Both the position numbers and the translations under genes were made by a program. From Eledone cirrhosa (Eukaryota), in the NCBI GenBank assembly GCA_964016885.1, contig CAXHJY010000639.1:62001-126000 (forward strand): DNA of 64,000 bases, written 5' to 3'. The notes beneath the pieces were generated by a model. That model was not told where the DNA came from and did no database searches. It saw only the letters and a program-made list of their open reading frames with translations. How positions within the stretch are numbered: position 1 is the first letter of the stretch; every line of letters starts with the position of its first letter. This document shows positions 14,858 through 27,277 of this stretch, in pieces.

Positions 14858-15869
14858 TTTTATGTAAAATCCTCTAGTTTTGTTCCAAACACCAGCTAAA
14901 GTTAATTATATTACTAAATTTTTCCAAATTCTTCATTATTTTCAAAATTATTTGAAAATCATAGGTAGTGTATTTTATTAGAAATATGGTGACAGAAGAA
15001 AAAATGTAAAATATTTAAATGGAAATTGGTTAGTCATATTACTGGTACAATTCTCAATGTGCATAAAAAATGTAACCATTTTTTTTATTTGCTAGTTTAC
15101 AATTAACTGTTTTTCCATAAATCTAAGATCGTATTTCTTAATGAAAATTTAATATCCAAATTCTTTGACTAAAAAAACTGGTTCTACTAAAATTCCTTAC
15201 AGGCAAACTATGTGTCTGGGGTATAAAGCACTTGACTGTTTTCACTGTTAGTGTTCAGAATGAGATTTTGTTGACTAAATTAGATAAATAACTAGCTAGC
15301 TTTTTCTTAAAGTTTAGCTTAAGTGTAACATTTACTGCATAAATTTCAACATTACTGAAAATAATGATATTTTTTTTTAGAGGAGGAAGGGCACACCCAT
15401 GACCTTTTGCAGAGTATTCAAGACTGTGGGGAAGAAATTCATATATTATTCTCAGACAAGAAATCTGGTGTAATTATTTGCAATACAGTGTACTCTACTA
15501 ATGGTGGATTAGGTCTAATGACTGAAACTCTCATTAGCTGTGAAAATAAGATGGTGTTGTTGATCATGCTGTTCAATGAACTTTCTCCCTCTTTATACTG
15601 TGTCATTTCTCTGTGATGTCCATCATTTTATCTATTTCATATCAAATCTTTGTTACTCTTCTACCTCTTCCAAAATCAATCTGTGGTTGTTTTTAACCCA
15701 TCATCTATCATCCCTTCTCATTTGTCCACACTTAACATAGTCATCCTTGTTGCATATATTATCCAGCACCTTTCATATTCTGTTAAAATTCTTAATTCAC
15801 TTATACTTAATTTTTCTTGTAAGATAACACACCTAATGAACAATACTCAACTTATTCTAATTAGTAGTA

Positions 15870-16405
15870 GAGGAGGTTTCTAAAAGCATAGTAACTAGAA
15901 TAAGAACAAGATGACAACAAAAGATTTCTCTCTGTGAACAAAAGGCTGACTGAATGATGCCTCTGTGTGAAGTGTGATATTGGATGGAAGTGAGGCATAG
16001 GCAATAAATGCAGAAGATATGTGAAGACTGGAGAGAAATGAAGTGAACATGCTTCGATGGATATGTAATTTTAATGTGTATGAACAGTAAAGTATGGATG
16101 AGCCATGAGAAAAATTGAGTGTAAGAGGAATCAAATGTAGTGTGCAAGAGAAAAGACTGCGTTGGTATGGACATACTATGTATATGGATGATGATCGATT
16201 GGTGAAGAAGTGGCAGGAGTTCCTAGTGGTAGGAAGCTGCAGTAGAAAGAGACCAAGGAAGACTGGGCAAAAGTGGTGAGAGTTGATCTCAAAATGCTTT
16301 ACAGAGGAGATGACAAAGAAGCACAAAAGGTGGAGGGAGGTTGTGTTGGAAAAGACCCATCAAACCCCTGCAAACATGGAAAAGTAAATGTATGATGATG
16401 ACGGT
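15870..16405 (+). mobile_element. Old degraded RTE LINE 3' end
   Basis: Similar to the 3' ORF region of the RTEs at 22050-22460 and 27770-28270 (e.g. GAAGACTGGAGAGAAATGAAG...ATGCTTCGATGGATATGTAAT, AGACTGCGTTGGTATGGACAT). It ends in the shared CATGGAAAAG...GATGATG tail. Confidence 0.8.
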
Positions 16406-17301
16406 GATTCTTGAATCACTTTAGACTGATAGCATCTGCTAACTATGTTTCATTGAAAACCATAGTGAAATGAAACAGAGAGAGATAGAAAAGAGGCGAT
16501 TCTAACTGGCAGTCCACTTTTAGCTTTGATTTAGTCAAATATATACTCACCAATGTTAATATTGAATATGTTTTCATTGTTTCAAAGCAGAAGTATACAA
16601 GTCTTACAAACACATCTTTGAAATATCTATGACCATAAAACTAAGAATATAATAAACAATATTGAAATAGGACAGTTGAAATTGAGACCATGTGTCTTGA
16701 TAATGCTGAATTTAAATTGAAGAATTGATTGGATGCTTCTTTTGCTATATTTTCAACAGATATGGTGAACGATGTGCACACCGTATCTATGTAGTAGATA
16801 TAGAATGGTTAAGTTGGCGAAGTTGTTAATGCATTCAAAACCACACCAGGCATTTCAGTGTGTCTCGAGATGGGACATTAAATTCTACTTGTCCTATTTT
16901 ACTTTTCTGGAGAAGTGGTACCTGCTCTGGATTAAAAGTCACTAGTGTTGGATAAGCATCCATATGGAGGAAATGAGATTTGTCTTTCATTTGTTACAGT
17001 GTTAAAGAGACTGGTGGTATACACCATACCTAGGTTCTTGGTTGTTCCTGATAGGATTATTATATTTTTTATTGTAAATGTTATCATGTCTCTAAAGACT
17101 GGCTCTTTTAATTCTCTTGTGCTACATTCCTAATGTCATGTTTGATAATTAGTTCTCAAGTCTTCATTTAATTCAGGTAATTGTGAATGAGAGGGAACAG
17201 TTATTTCAACTGAATATCCAATGTTGTTTTCTATCAAATTTTACTAGGTGAAATAATGTTTTCTTTTTTTTTTTTCTATTACAGAGTTGCTCACTGACAC
17301 A

Positions 17302-17491
17302 ATGTCAGGTCCACCACCACCACCACCACCACCTCCTCCTCCATGTGCACCACCACCTCCAAAGTTTGGTGCCAAAAAACCATCCAATAATAATGCCAAA
17401 CCTGTTGATAGAAATGCTTTACTTGGAGAGATTCATAAAGGTACAAGACTCAAAAAATCCTCAACCAATGACCGCAGTTCACCAGCTGTTG
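17302..17491 (+). CDS. WIPF: WIP/verprolin-family (WAS/WASL-interacting protein) first coding exon: poly-Pro + WH2 domain
   Basis: Acceptor tttttctattacAG at 17283-17284 and ATG at 17302. Encodes MSGPPPPPPPPPPPCAPPPPKFGAKK...DRNALLGEIHKGTRLKKSSTNDRSSPAV, matching the WIP N-terminal WH2 (RNALL.DI.KG.KLKK..TNDRSAP). Canonical donor G|GTGAGT, phase 1. Confidence 0.93.
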
Positions 17492-17994
17492 GTGAGTACA
17501 AATGAATTTATCATAAGTTATTATTTCATATTTATATATATGTTATAGCAACTGAAATTATCATGTTTTAGCAATTGAAATTATAAAAAACACCAAAAGA
17601 ATTTTGGACAATTATACTTTATTCTTTTTAACTTAGTGCAAACTTGATAGAAATTTTGGTTATCAAAATTTAAGCAAGTATTGCACCAAGAAAAATATAG
17701 ACTTCGGCAATAAAGGAGAGTAAGAATTTATTGGCTTTAACATATGTTTCTGTGTCTATTATAATAGTCTACATATGCTGATTACAATATATATTGTTCA
17801 ATCATATGCAAAACTTAATTTTCACATGTCTTCAGAAAGCTTAAAATTGTTTGTGGTAGTTATCAAGATTATACTTATTAATCTTTGTTACATTTTTGTA
17901 TCAATATCAATTCTCAACTTACTATCATTTCTACATATATCACAGTGAACAAAACTATATATTACTATCATCTCTATCAGTGTCTACATGGTCA

Positions 17995-18190
17995 CTCAAC
18001 CTGCTAGTAATAGCAAACAATTTCACCTCAAACAGCACCCTACCATCTTAAAAAAAAAAAGAACACATTGGAAAGAGTAATGAAGTCTTGGATATATTAT
18101 CTGAAAATAAGATGGGATGGTCATGACTGGAACACTTTGATCATAATTCAATTTGGTCAGCGCTGACCTGAGGATAAGCAACACCAACTA
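17995..18190 (+). mobile_element. Abundant ~190-bp SINE-like repeat (family 3; ACCTGCTAGAAATAGCAGC...GCTGACCTGGGGCTAAACAAC)
   Basis: Recognisable diverged copies also occur at ~7525(+), 45530(-), 46780(+), 47060(+), 47835(+), 53965(-), 56590(-), 60155(+) and 60435(-). Confidence 0.7.
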
Positions 18191-19342
18191 TACTGTATAT
18201 ACATGTCCCTGCCAATATAGCTGTATGCTATATCATCTGTACACATGTTATCCCATCTAATGCACATTGGATTTTACAATTACACATATTCATTCATATT
18301 TTTTTTTTCTGCAAAATTAACTGCTTTATATTTCCTGTTCATTAAGCAGTGTAGTTTTGCTTACTTATGTTTGTTGTTAACTAATTTAGTGGTGAAACTA
18401 AAACAAAAACTAATGTTCTATTTTTGTTTTTAAATTTTTTCTGATTTGGTTTTCAGTTTATTGTAACAATTGGGATAACATTTGGATAATATTCACTGTT
18501 TTCTTTCATCAGAAGAGGCAGTAGCATTTTTAGTCACTTCCTAAACAAGTAGTTGGTATAATTAACTAGGCGGGATTTTGTGCAGTTTAACCCTTTTAAT
18601 ACCAAACTGCCTGAAACTACCCCGGATTTATGATACAAAACTGCTCATTCTAAAATGTTTATCCATATATTAAAACCTTTGATCCAAAATTTTATTATAT
18701 AAATTATAATCAATTATATAAATTTTAATCAATTTAAGCGTCTGTATAGAACTAGAAAGCTGTTATGTAAAACATTACTTAACAGTACATCAGTACAATG
18801 GGAAATAATATATATGGATCTTATTTAAACCTTAACCTTCTCGCTAACTACCTTAACCTTAATTCTGTCGTATTTTTCAAAACAAATCTTCTTCTTATAT
18901 ATTTTATATATATTTTGTTATGCTGGCTAAATTATATGCCCCAAATACGAGGACTTTATTTAAACTCTTAACCTCTGCTCCCTTCTATCTTCACCCCCCC
19001 CCCCTCTATATCATACTGGTTCGCCACCAATCCCTTCCTCTCTCTCCAAATATAAAATAAATCCTGCAAGTACGAAACCTCAAAAATCGCCAACCCTATT
19101 CAGGATAGGCTGCTATCATGGTGTAATGTAACGTACAAATATTTCTTCACTCTTCTCACCATTTTAATTCCCTAGTCCATTCATCAATCTGTATCATTTC
19201 TCCCCGAATCCAATCTTTGCTTTTCTATTCGATAATTCTAGCGTATTTTTCAAAAAAAATCTTGTATTATTGTTTTATGCTTGTTAAATTATGCCCAAAA
19301 TACGGGGATCTTATTTAAACCTTAACCTTCTCGCTAACTACC

Positions 19343-22300
19343 CAATATCCCTCCCACCCGCCCCCACGCACCACCATTATTACGTGGGCCAATCATAAGT
19401 CAGCGGCCTATGCTATCGCCTACCTGGTTGCCTTTCGATATGATGGATGGACTACGGAATTTTGGAGAGTTTGAATAGAAAAAATCTGGACACTCAGTGA
19501 CAATGCCAAAGATAAAGACAAATTCACCTCATGGACGAGAATGCAAGGACTCCTCCTCTTTGTTTCGGCCGCGGATGGCTAACATACCCCCGCGCCCCAC
19601 CGCTCCCACCCTCCAAACGCAATCCAAAACTTCAGAGTTGGTACCAACAAGGTTGTAGAAATGCTTGAACGTAAGGAGGTCGATGTTTGTTGTATTCAAG
19701 AGACCAGGTGGAGGGGTGGGTCTGCTAGATTCATCGTGGGTAAAGAACGATGCTATAAGCTTTTCTGGGTGGGAAATGACAATGGGTTGGGTGGAGTAGG
19801 AATCATGGTAGCAGAAAAGTGGGCAGATAAGATAATAGACGTGAATAGAGTGAACGACAGAATAATTAAAATAAGACTTGTCCTCAATAGAACTACTGTG
19901 ACAGTAATATCTGCGTACGCACCCCAATCCGGACTGCCCGGCACTATAAAAGACAGATTCTATGAGACACTGATGCTCACTACCTCCCAAATAACCGACA
20001 GTGACTATATAATTATTGCTGGCGACCTAAATGGTCACGTTGGACAACGTTGTGACGGCTATGACGGAATCCATGGAGGCTATGGGTTTGGTACTAGAAA
20101 TGAGGAAGGCTCCAGAATCCTGGAATTCTGTGACGCAAATAACCTAACTATCTGTAACACTAACTTCAAAAAACGAGACAATCACCTGATCACCTATAGA
20201 TCGAGGGAACACACAAGCCAGGTAGATTATATCCTTACCAGGAGACGTGACAGAGTGTCTGTTGTAAACACTAAATCCCTCCACCATGAAGAATGCACCT
20301 CTCAACATAGACTCATAATTAGCAACCTCATAGTCAGGACGAGACGTATTCGACAACAGAAGAGGACTATCCTCAGGAGAAAAATATGGAAGCTAAAGGA
20401 CCCCACAGCCAGTAATAATAAATTTAAAAGCATATTACTTGATGCTTTTGATAGTAAGGAAGAGCAATTAGTCGTACAATATAGAGGAACAGTGGGAATT
20501 CCTGAAAGCTAACCTGCTGAAGGCGACAGATGAAACCTGTGGCTGGAGCAGGCCTATAGGCATGAGGAGAGTAACTTGGTGGTGGAACAGTAAGGTGGAG
20601 AGGTCAATCAAGGCCAAAAAGCAGGCTTGGAAAGCATGGCGGGATGGGGGAAGTAGAGAAGACTATCAAGTGGCCAGGAGGGAAGCTAGGAGACAAGTGT
20701 ACTTCGCAAGAAGGGAAGCAGAGGAAAGAAAGTTCAAGCATGTTCTACAACGCGAGGACCAAAAACGTGAGGTGTTCAGGATTGCTCGGCAATGTGTCAA
20801 GGAAAACAGTGATATTGTCTGGGAGAAGTGTGTCCTTAATGATGATGGTGTACTTGCCATCACTGACGCTGATAAGAAGGTAGCTTGGAAGTGTCACTAC
20901 GAAAGGCTACTAAATGAGGAGAATAATTGGGAGAAAGACAGTCTCCCCCACATCGACCCAATAGAGGGACCAGCAGTGCAAGTTGAAGGTAGTATAATAA
21001 GTAAGACGATCAAAGACATGAAGACGGGCAAGGCGGCCGGGCCTTCGGAAATAGTTGCCGAAATGCTGGAAGCATCTGGAACGGTGGGACACACTATGGT
21101 CACCCGGATAGTAAACCAAGTCATACAGAATGGGGTCGTTCCGAAGGACTGGCGCAGCAGCATCATCATTAACTGCTACAAGGGTAAAGGTGATGCCCTA
21201 GATAGGGGAAACTATAGAGGCTTTAAATTAATTGACCAGGTCATGAAGGTCACAGAAAAAGTAATAGCGCAACTAATCAGAGAGCGATTCGATGTAGACG
21301 AAATGCAGTTCGGGTTTGTGTCAGGTAAAAGTACAACAGACGCTTTTTTCATTGTACGACAACTACAGGAGAAGTACCTAGCTAAAAGTAAACCCCTATA
21401 CTTAGCTTTTGTTGACTTGGAGAAAGCCTTTGACAGAGTACTCCACTCAATTATCTGGTGGGCCCTTAGAAAACTAGGTGTTGATGAATGGCTTGTGAGA
21501 GCTATACAAGCCATGTATAAAGAAACAGTCAGCAAGGTTAGAATTAACAACGAATATAGTGAAAAGTTTAGCGTAAAAGTTGGTGTTCATCAGGGCTCCG
21601 TCCTTAGCCCCCTACTATTTATTATTGCCCTTCAGGCTATAACAGAAGAGTTCAAGACCGGCTGCTCATGGGAACTCCTATATGCAGATGATCTAATGCT
21701 CATAGCTGAATCAATGGCTGAACTAGAGAAGAAATTCCAAACATGGAAGCATGGCCTGGAATCAAAAGGCCTTAAAGTTAACTTGTCTAAGACTAAAGTT
21801 CTAGTTTGTAGGAAGGAAAATAGGGCACCGGTCCCATCTGGGAAATGGCCATGCTCAGTGTGTAGGAAAGGAGTAGGTAGAAACTCCATTTTTATGTCCC
21901 AAATGCAAAGTATGGGTACATGAAAGATGTAGTGGGATCACAGGTAAGCTAACTAAGAATATAGATTTTATATGTGGCCGGTGCTCTGGTGCAATAAGTA
22001 GCAGCAAGTGCCCACAGAATACTAACTCATTCCATTGCACAGATGGTTCTATAGAAATAGTGGACAGCTTCCGTTACCTGGGTGACAAAATCAGCAGTGG
22101 GGGAGGGTGCTCTGAAAGTACAGTAGCTAGAGTCAGAACGGGATGGAAAAAGTTCAGAGAGCTTATACCACTATTGGCCGCTAAAGGGTTCTCTCTAAAA
22201 ATGAAAGGCAGGCTGTATGATGCCTGCATACGAACAGCAATGTTACATGGCAGTGAGACCTGGGCATTGTGTGCAGAGGATACGCAGACTGGAGAGAAAC

Positions 22301-22597
22301 GAAGCTTGCATGCTCCGCCGGATGTGTAATAGAAATATACGTGAACGGCAAAGCATAAACGAACTAAGGGAGAAATTAGGAATAAGAGGGATCAGATGTT
22401 GTTTACTCGAGAGAAGACTACGTTGGTATGGTCACGTGATGCGCATGAAAGACGACAGCATCCAGCCGTAGAAAACCCGCCAGACAGTCCTATGCGAGCA
22501 AGACGACCACTCTTGCCTCAAGTGGGAAAACTCCCGTCCAAACCCATGCAAGCGTGGAATATGGACGTTAAACGATGATGATGATGATGATGATGAT
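19343..22597 (+). mobile_element. Near full-length RTE-clade LINE (AP endonuclease + reverse transcriptase + PHD-type finger), frameshifted
   Basis: APE ORF 19661-20512 (CIQETRW, SAYAPQ, IAGDLNGHVG, QVDYIL). RT ORF 20562-21923 (QFGF, FVDLEKAFD, GVHQGSVLSP, YADDL). The C-terminal part is broken by frameshifts and the element ends in a (GAT)n tail. The 5' boundary is approximate. Confidence 0.95.
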
Positions 22598-22897
22598 ACA
22601 TCCCCAATCTATTGCAAGTGAAATCATTTCATAAAAATATAATTAGTCAAGGGTAAGAAAAATTTGAGGAAGAATCTTGAGATATCATCAGATAAGCTCT
22701 CAAATTTCAATCCTCTACTTTCTTAACCAGATCTGACAACATGTCAAACACTGAGCAATGTTACAAAAAGAAGACTATGCTAACTTCGAACTGGAGATAT
22801 ACCATTGAATTACATTTTATCACAAACTGGTGGTAGAAAATCACCTCTGTGTTCTTTGGCACTATTTGTTCCAATGTAAAAACTATTGGTCTGATAT

Positions 22898-23273
22898 CAT
22901 CATCATTTTACGTCCGCTTTTCCCTGCTTGCAAGGGTAGGACGGGAACTGGCTTGATTTCTACAGCTGGATGCCCTTCCTAACACCAACCTCATTTACAG
23001 TGAGTGCTGGGTGCTTTTTTTTTCCGTGGCGCCTACACGTTCACTTTACAGTATGGGCTGGGTGCTTTTTTGCCGTGGCACCTCCACGACCACTTTACAG
23101 TGGAATGATAGGGACTCCAGTTCCTATCATCTCATTTCTACAGCTGAGTAAACTGGAGCAATGTGAAATAAAGTGTCTTGCTCAAGGAAACAACACATCA
23201 CCTGGTCTGAGAATTGAACTTACAACCTTTCGATCGCAAGGCCAATGCTCTAACCACTCAGCCATGTGCTTCA
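22898..23273 (-). mobile_element. tRNA-derived SINE (family 2) with RTE-type 3' tail
   Basis: tRNA-like head on the - strand at ~23200-23272, RTE-shared tail ending in (GAT)n, and flanking direct repeat TGGTCTGATAT (22887-22897 and 23276-23286). Confidence 0.88.
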
Positions 23274-23290
23274 ACTGGTCTGATATATAT

Positions 23291-23624
23291 GGAGGCACAT
23301 GGCTTAGTGGTTAGAGCATTGGCCTTGCAATCGAAAGGTTGTGAGTTCAATTCTCAGACCGGGTGATGTGTTGTTTCCTTGAGCAAGACACTTTATTTCA
23401 CATTGCTCCAGTTTACTCAACTGTAGAAATGAGATGATAGGACTGGGGTCCCTATCATTCCACTATAACGCGGTCGTGGAGGTGTCACGGAAAAAAAGCA
23501 CCCAGCACTCACTGTAAATGAGGTTGGTGTTAGTAAGGGCATCCAGCTATAGAAATCAAGCCAGAATAAGTTCCCGTCCCACCCATGCAAGCAGGGAAAA
23601 GCGGACGTAAAATGAAATGATGAT
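23291..23624 (+). mobile_element. tRNA-derived SINE (family 2) with RTE-type 3' tail
   Basis: A box TGGCTTAGTGG and B box GAGTTCAATTC. Nearly identical to the adjacent inverted copy. Tail CCATGCAAGCAGGGAAAAGCGGACGTAAAATGAAATGATG. Confidence 0.88.
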
Positions 23625-23631
23625 ATATATA

Positions 23632-24427
23632 TAGTAATATACGTGAACAGCAAAGCATAAACTAGTAATATACGTGAACGGCAAAGCATAAACGAACTAA
23701 GGAAAAAATTAGAAATAAGAGGGATCAGATGTTGTTTACTCGAGAGAAGGCTACGTTGGTATGGTCAGTGATGCGCATGAAAGACGACAGCTGTATAACA
23801 AAGTGCAGACCCAGAAAAACCTGGGACGAGCTGATAAATTCCGACCTCACACACTTACACCTCTCCAAGACAATGTCACTGGACCGAGACCTTTGGCGGT
23901 ACTCAGTAATAGAGAAGACCCGCCTTACCTAAATACAAAGTAAAACCTACTACAGTCAGTAGGCATCTCTAACAAAATACACCCCCATCCCACCACCCCC
24001 ACCCCATCCACACCGCCCTTTCAATGTAAAGTTATGTTGGTGCCACAACATCCAGGCCGAAACAAATGAGATCGTGTAGGTGTCACGACAAAAAAACACA
24101 CAGTCCACGCTGTAATGTGGCCGTGTAGGCAACACGGTAAACACTTCCCAGTCCCACACTGTAAATGTGGTTGGTGTTAGGAAGGGCATCCAGCTGTAGA
24201 AAACCCGCCAGACAGTCCACGCTGTAATGTGGCCGTGTAGGCAACACGGTAAAAACCTCCCAGCCCCACACTGTAAATGTGGTTGGTGTTAGGAAGGGCA
24301 TCCAGCTGTAGAAAACCCGCCAGACAATCCTATGCGAGCAAGACAACCACTCTTGCCTCAAGAGGGAAAACTCCCGTCCAAACCCATGCAAGCGTGGAAC
24401 ATGGACGTTAAACGATGATGATGATGA
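23632..24427 (+). mobile_element. 5'-truncated RTE LINE copy (same subfamily as the 19343 element) with internally duplicated 3' UTR
   Basis: Near-identical to 22330-22460 (GGGATCAGATGTTGTTTACTCGAGAGAAG). Has a ~120-bp tandem duplication within 24100-24330 and a (GAT)n tail. Confidence 0.88.
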
Positions 24428-24499
24428 TATATATATAGAACACTTGTAGTCAAAAACAACGGAAGTCAACAAGATCTATCTCTCTCTCTCATATATATA

Positions 24500-24820
24500 T
24501 GAGAGAGAGAGATAGATCTTGTTGATTGACTACAAGTGTTCTTGTTCAAACAACAGAACAACCTGGTTGTGAAATTGACGTGTAAGTAGTTGACCAATCC
24601 ACAAGCTTGTGCATTGTTAACAGAATATTCAGGGAGACAGTGAGTGACAAGACTTGCTTGTACATTTCAATTACAAATATAACTCATTTTTCCAGCTAAG
24701 TAGACTAGAGTAATGTGAAATAAAGTATCTTGCTCAAGGACCCAATATGCTGTCGGCAATTGAACTTACGACCTTACAATTGTTAGCCAAAACCCCTAAC
24801 CATTAAGCTACACATCTTCA
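24500..24820 (-). mobile_element. Older tRNA-derived SINE related to family 2
   Basis: The - strand head reads TAGCTTAATGGTTAG...AAGTTCAATTGCC. It shares the core CCTTGAGCAAGA.ACTTTATTTCACATT with the 23291 copy. Confidence 0.7.
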
Positions 24821-25544
24821 CACACACACATATATATATATTGTTGGGTTAATAAAAATTAGCACCATCCCTGTCTTTATTAGGGTCTCCTAGACAAGAG
24901 AATGAGATGTTTGAGTGAGGTTAGAATAAACAGATGTCAGGTTTTAATTGTTGCAAGTTAGCAGGAAACATTGCTAATTAAGTATGGAGTTGCAAAGGGT
25001 TATAGTCATGAGGAAAAGAATTGTAGAGTGTTTAATAAGAATGTTGAATAGGAAATTATAGTAATAGTATCATGAGAAATGTATGCAGTGTGTGGTTTTA
25101 GGTAGAAGGTACATAGTTAAAAAGTTAAAACAAAACCCCACCAAAAATCATTGGCTTTAGAGTTAGACAGGGTTGGAAAGAATTTCGATGTGTTGGTTTA
25201 TATAATGAGCAAACAGCTTTTTCTTCTCTGGATACACTATCACAGGTGACTCATCTGGGATTACCACATTAACTGCTATTCAAACAACAAAACAAACTTT
25301 TCAATACAATTTTCAACTAGGTAGAGTCTCTATAAGATATTACTAAATGTTGTTCATATATAAGGTGTGCACTGGCTTCAACTGTTACTTTTCCCTGTAA
25401 TTTTCCAACTAATCATTCACATTCTCACCTATATTTGTTGCTCCTTTATTTTAATCCTGAATTTACATGTTTGTATTTTTTTAACCTGAATTCTAATTTT
25501 TGAATGTGTGTGTAGTTTGGACTTTAACTTTTTTTTTTCCATAG

Positions 25545-25661
25545 GGAATAAAAAGGCTTCACCATCCTCAAAATACAATACAATAGGTGTACATACACAC
25601 CGACAACATCAACAGCAACAAGTAAAGGATACTGCATTATGGAGAAGAGGAAGCCAAGATG
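25545..25661 (+). CDS. WIP candidate cassette exon A (39 codons, phase 1-1)
   Basis: Strong acceptor ttttttttttccatAG. Open frame (G)NKKASPSSKYNTIGVHTHRQHQQQQVKDTALWRRGSQD. Donor G|GTAGTT. Length 117 nt = 3n. Not in the ORF track because it is short. Confidence 0.65.
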
Positions 25662-27277
25662 GTAGTTGACAAGTACATTAGTCCCATGTAGTGCTTCTAT
25701 GTTTCCAGTTTTTGCCATATTTTTCATCATGTGATATTGACTGCCTGCTTTCACTCTTCTAATATTTGTTGCTGACTTATGCTTTTGTCTATTTAGTGTT
25801 GTCTACATTAATACTCTTAATCAAGATGATGTTGCACGAATAATGACATTAATAATATTAATTTCAATGGTGTTATGATAATAAACTAATAACATATATA
25901 TATATATTTTTTTTTATGTTAAGCATAACTTCAAATATTCCAAAAGTGAAAAGAAGTTGGTATCTTTGAATATTCCATTGGAATTTTTAGCAGAGTTATT
26001 TGAATTCAGTCTAGTTTCAACAGTCATGCTATATTTGTAATAGGGAGAGCAACATGGTAAAATCTGGGGGAATTGCCTTTTCAGATAACTAATAGATTCT
26101 GAAGGAGGATGAAAAAAATATTTGGTTGATGTATTTGGGTGATTTTGGTGATGGTGTGAAACAAAGAAATATACATTAAAGCTGGAGATTCACAAAAATT
26201 TAGAGATAGAACTAAATGGAAGAGACACAATTAATTGAATCAACACATATGGGAGAGTGTAGTCAATTTAATTGTTCCAGTACTAATTATTTTATTAAGA
26301 TCAGATCTTCAGCAATTTAGAGAGATAGTTACCTTTATCTCTATCAGTTCTGTTATCCCTGATAATGATGATAATAATGATAATTTTTTTTCACAAAACA
26401 TTAATCCCAAGATTTGATGAGGAAGGAAACAAGTGAGATGTGATATTTATAACTTTCCCAGGGGCATTAGTAATGTAAGTGAAATTAAATGATGCCAACT
26501 TAAAGTTGAAACTAGGTCATAGACTCAGTTTGTTGAGGACCTAGCATATAGCGCAACACCTAATAATTATAAACAGCTATCAATATCATAGGAAAATATT
26601 TATTGCTTAGAACTAAATAAATATACTGGGAAAAATACTTTATGAACACTTTAGTCAGATATTTTGGAATGTCATAGAAAAGTATATTGTTACTATATTT
26701 TTTATTGAGTAATCTAAATATAAGAATCATTATGACAGTTGTTTTTATTTTTTTTATTTTGCTGTTGGAAAAGATCAAAATAATTTTTTTTTGCATTTTT
26801 AGTCTAATTTAGTATATTGTATAACTTAATGCATTTTAATGCTAAATATCAACATGGTTATAATTTTCAAATGAAAACTTCCTCAATATTAACTTACTAA
26901 CAAGTCCACCACCAGGTTTGCTAATGGTGTTTATTTAATAAACAGTTAGTTTCTAAAGCATAGTAGACACCTGATTGGATTGAACAAAAATCAAGCAAAC
27001 TTATCTGAAATGACTGGTTGTCTTTTGTTTTCTTTAAGTCTTTTGGCTTCTATGTATTAATTTTAATTTAGAATAAGTGCGGCTTTTTTTTTTTTTTTTA
27101 AATTGATAGTTTTCTCCAAAATTACTGTATATACTTGAATATAAGCTACCCCCCCCTCTATTTTATGTCTGAAAAGTGAATAAAAATCCAAACACCGTTT
27201 ATAAGCAGAAGAGTCTAATCAATACATGTTTAGATGGTGTACTTTTGAAATTATTTATGAAATTTTAATAGTTTGAT

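Noticed and set aside
16760-17177. Possible 5' UTR exon upstream of the first coding exon
   Set aside because: An acceptor (ttttcaacAG) and a donor (CAG|GTAATT near 17177) exist, but a non-coding exon cannot be supported from sequence alone.
17287-17301. TTG/GTG ORF starts in the supplied track (also 35520, 37597, 42981, 57875)
   Set aside because: These are prokaryote-style start calls. The real boundaries are splice acceptors and the ATG at 17302.
23291-23370. tRNA-like sequences (also at 4956, 6350, 23200, 24750, 59570)
   Set aside because: These are SINE heads. A/B boxes are present, but they run directly into SINE bodies and I could not fold a complete cloverleaf.
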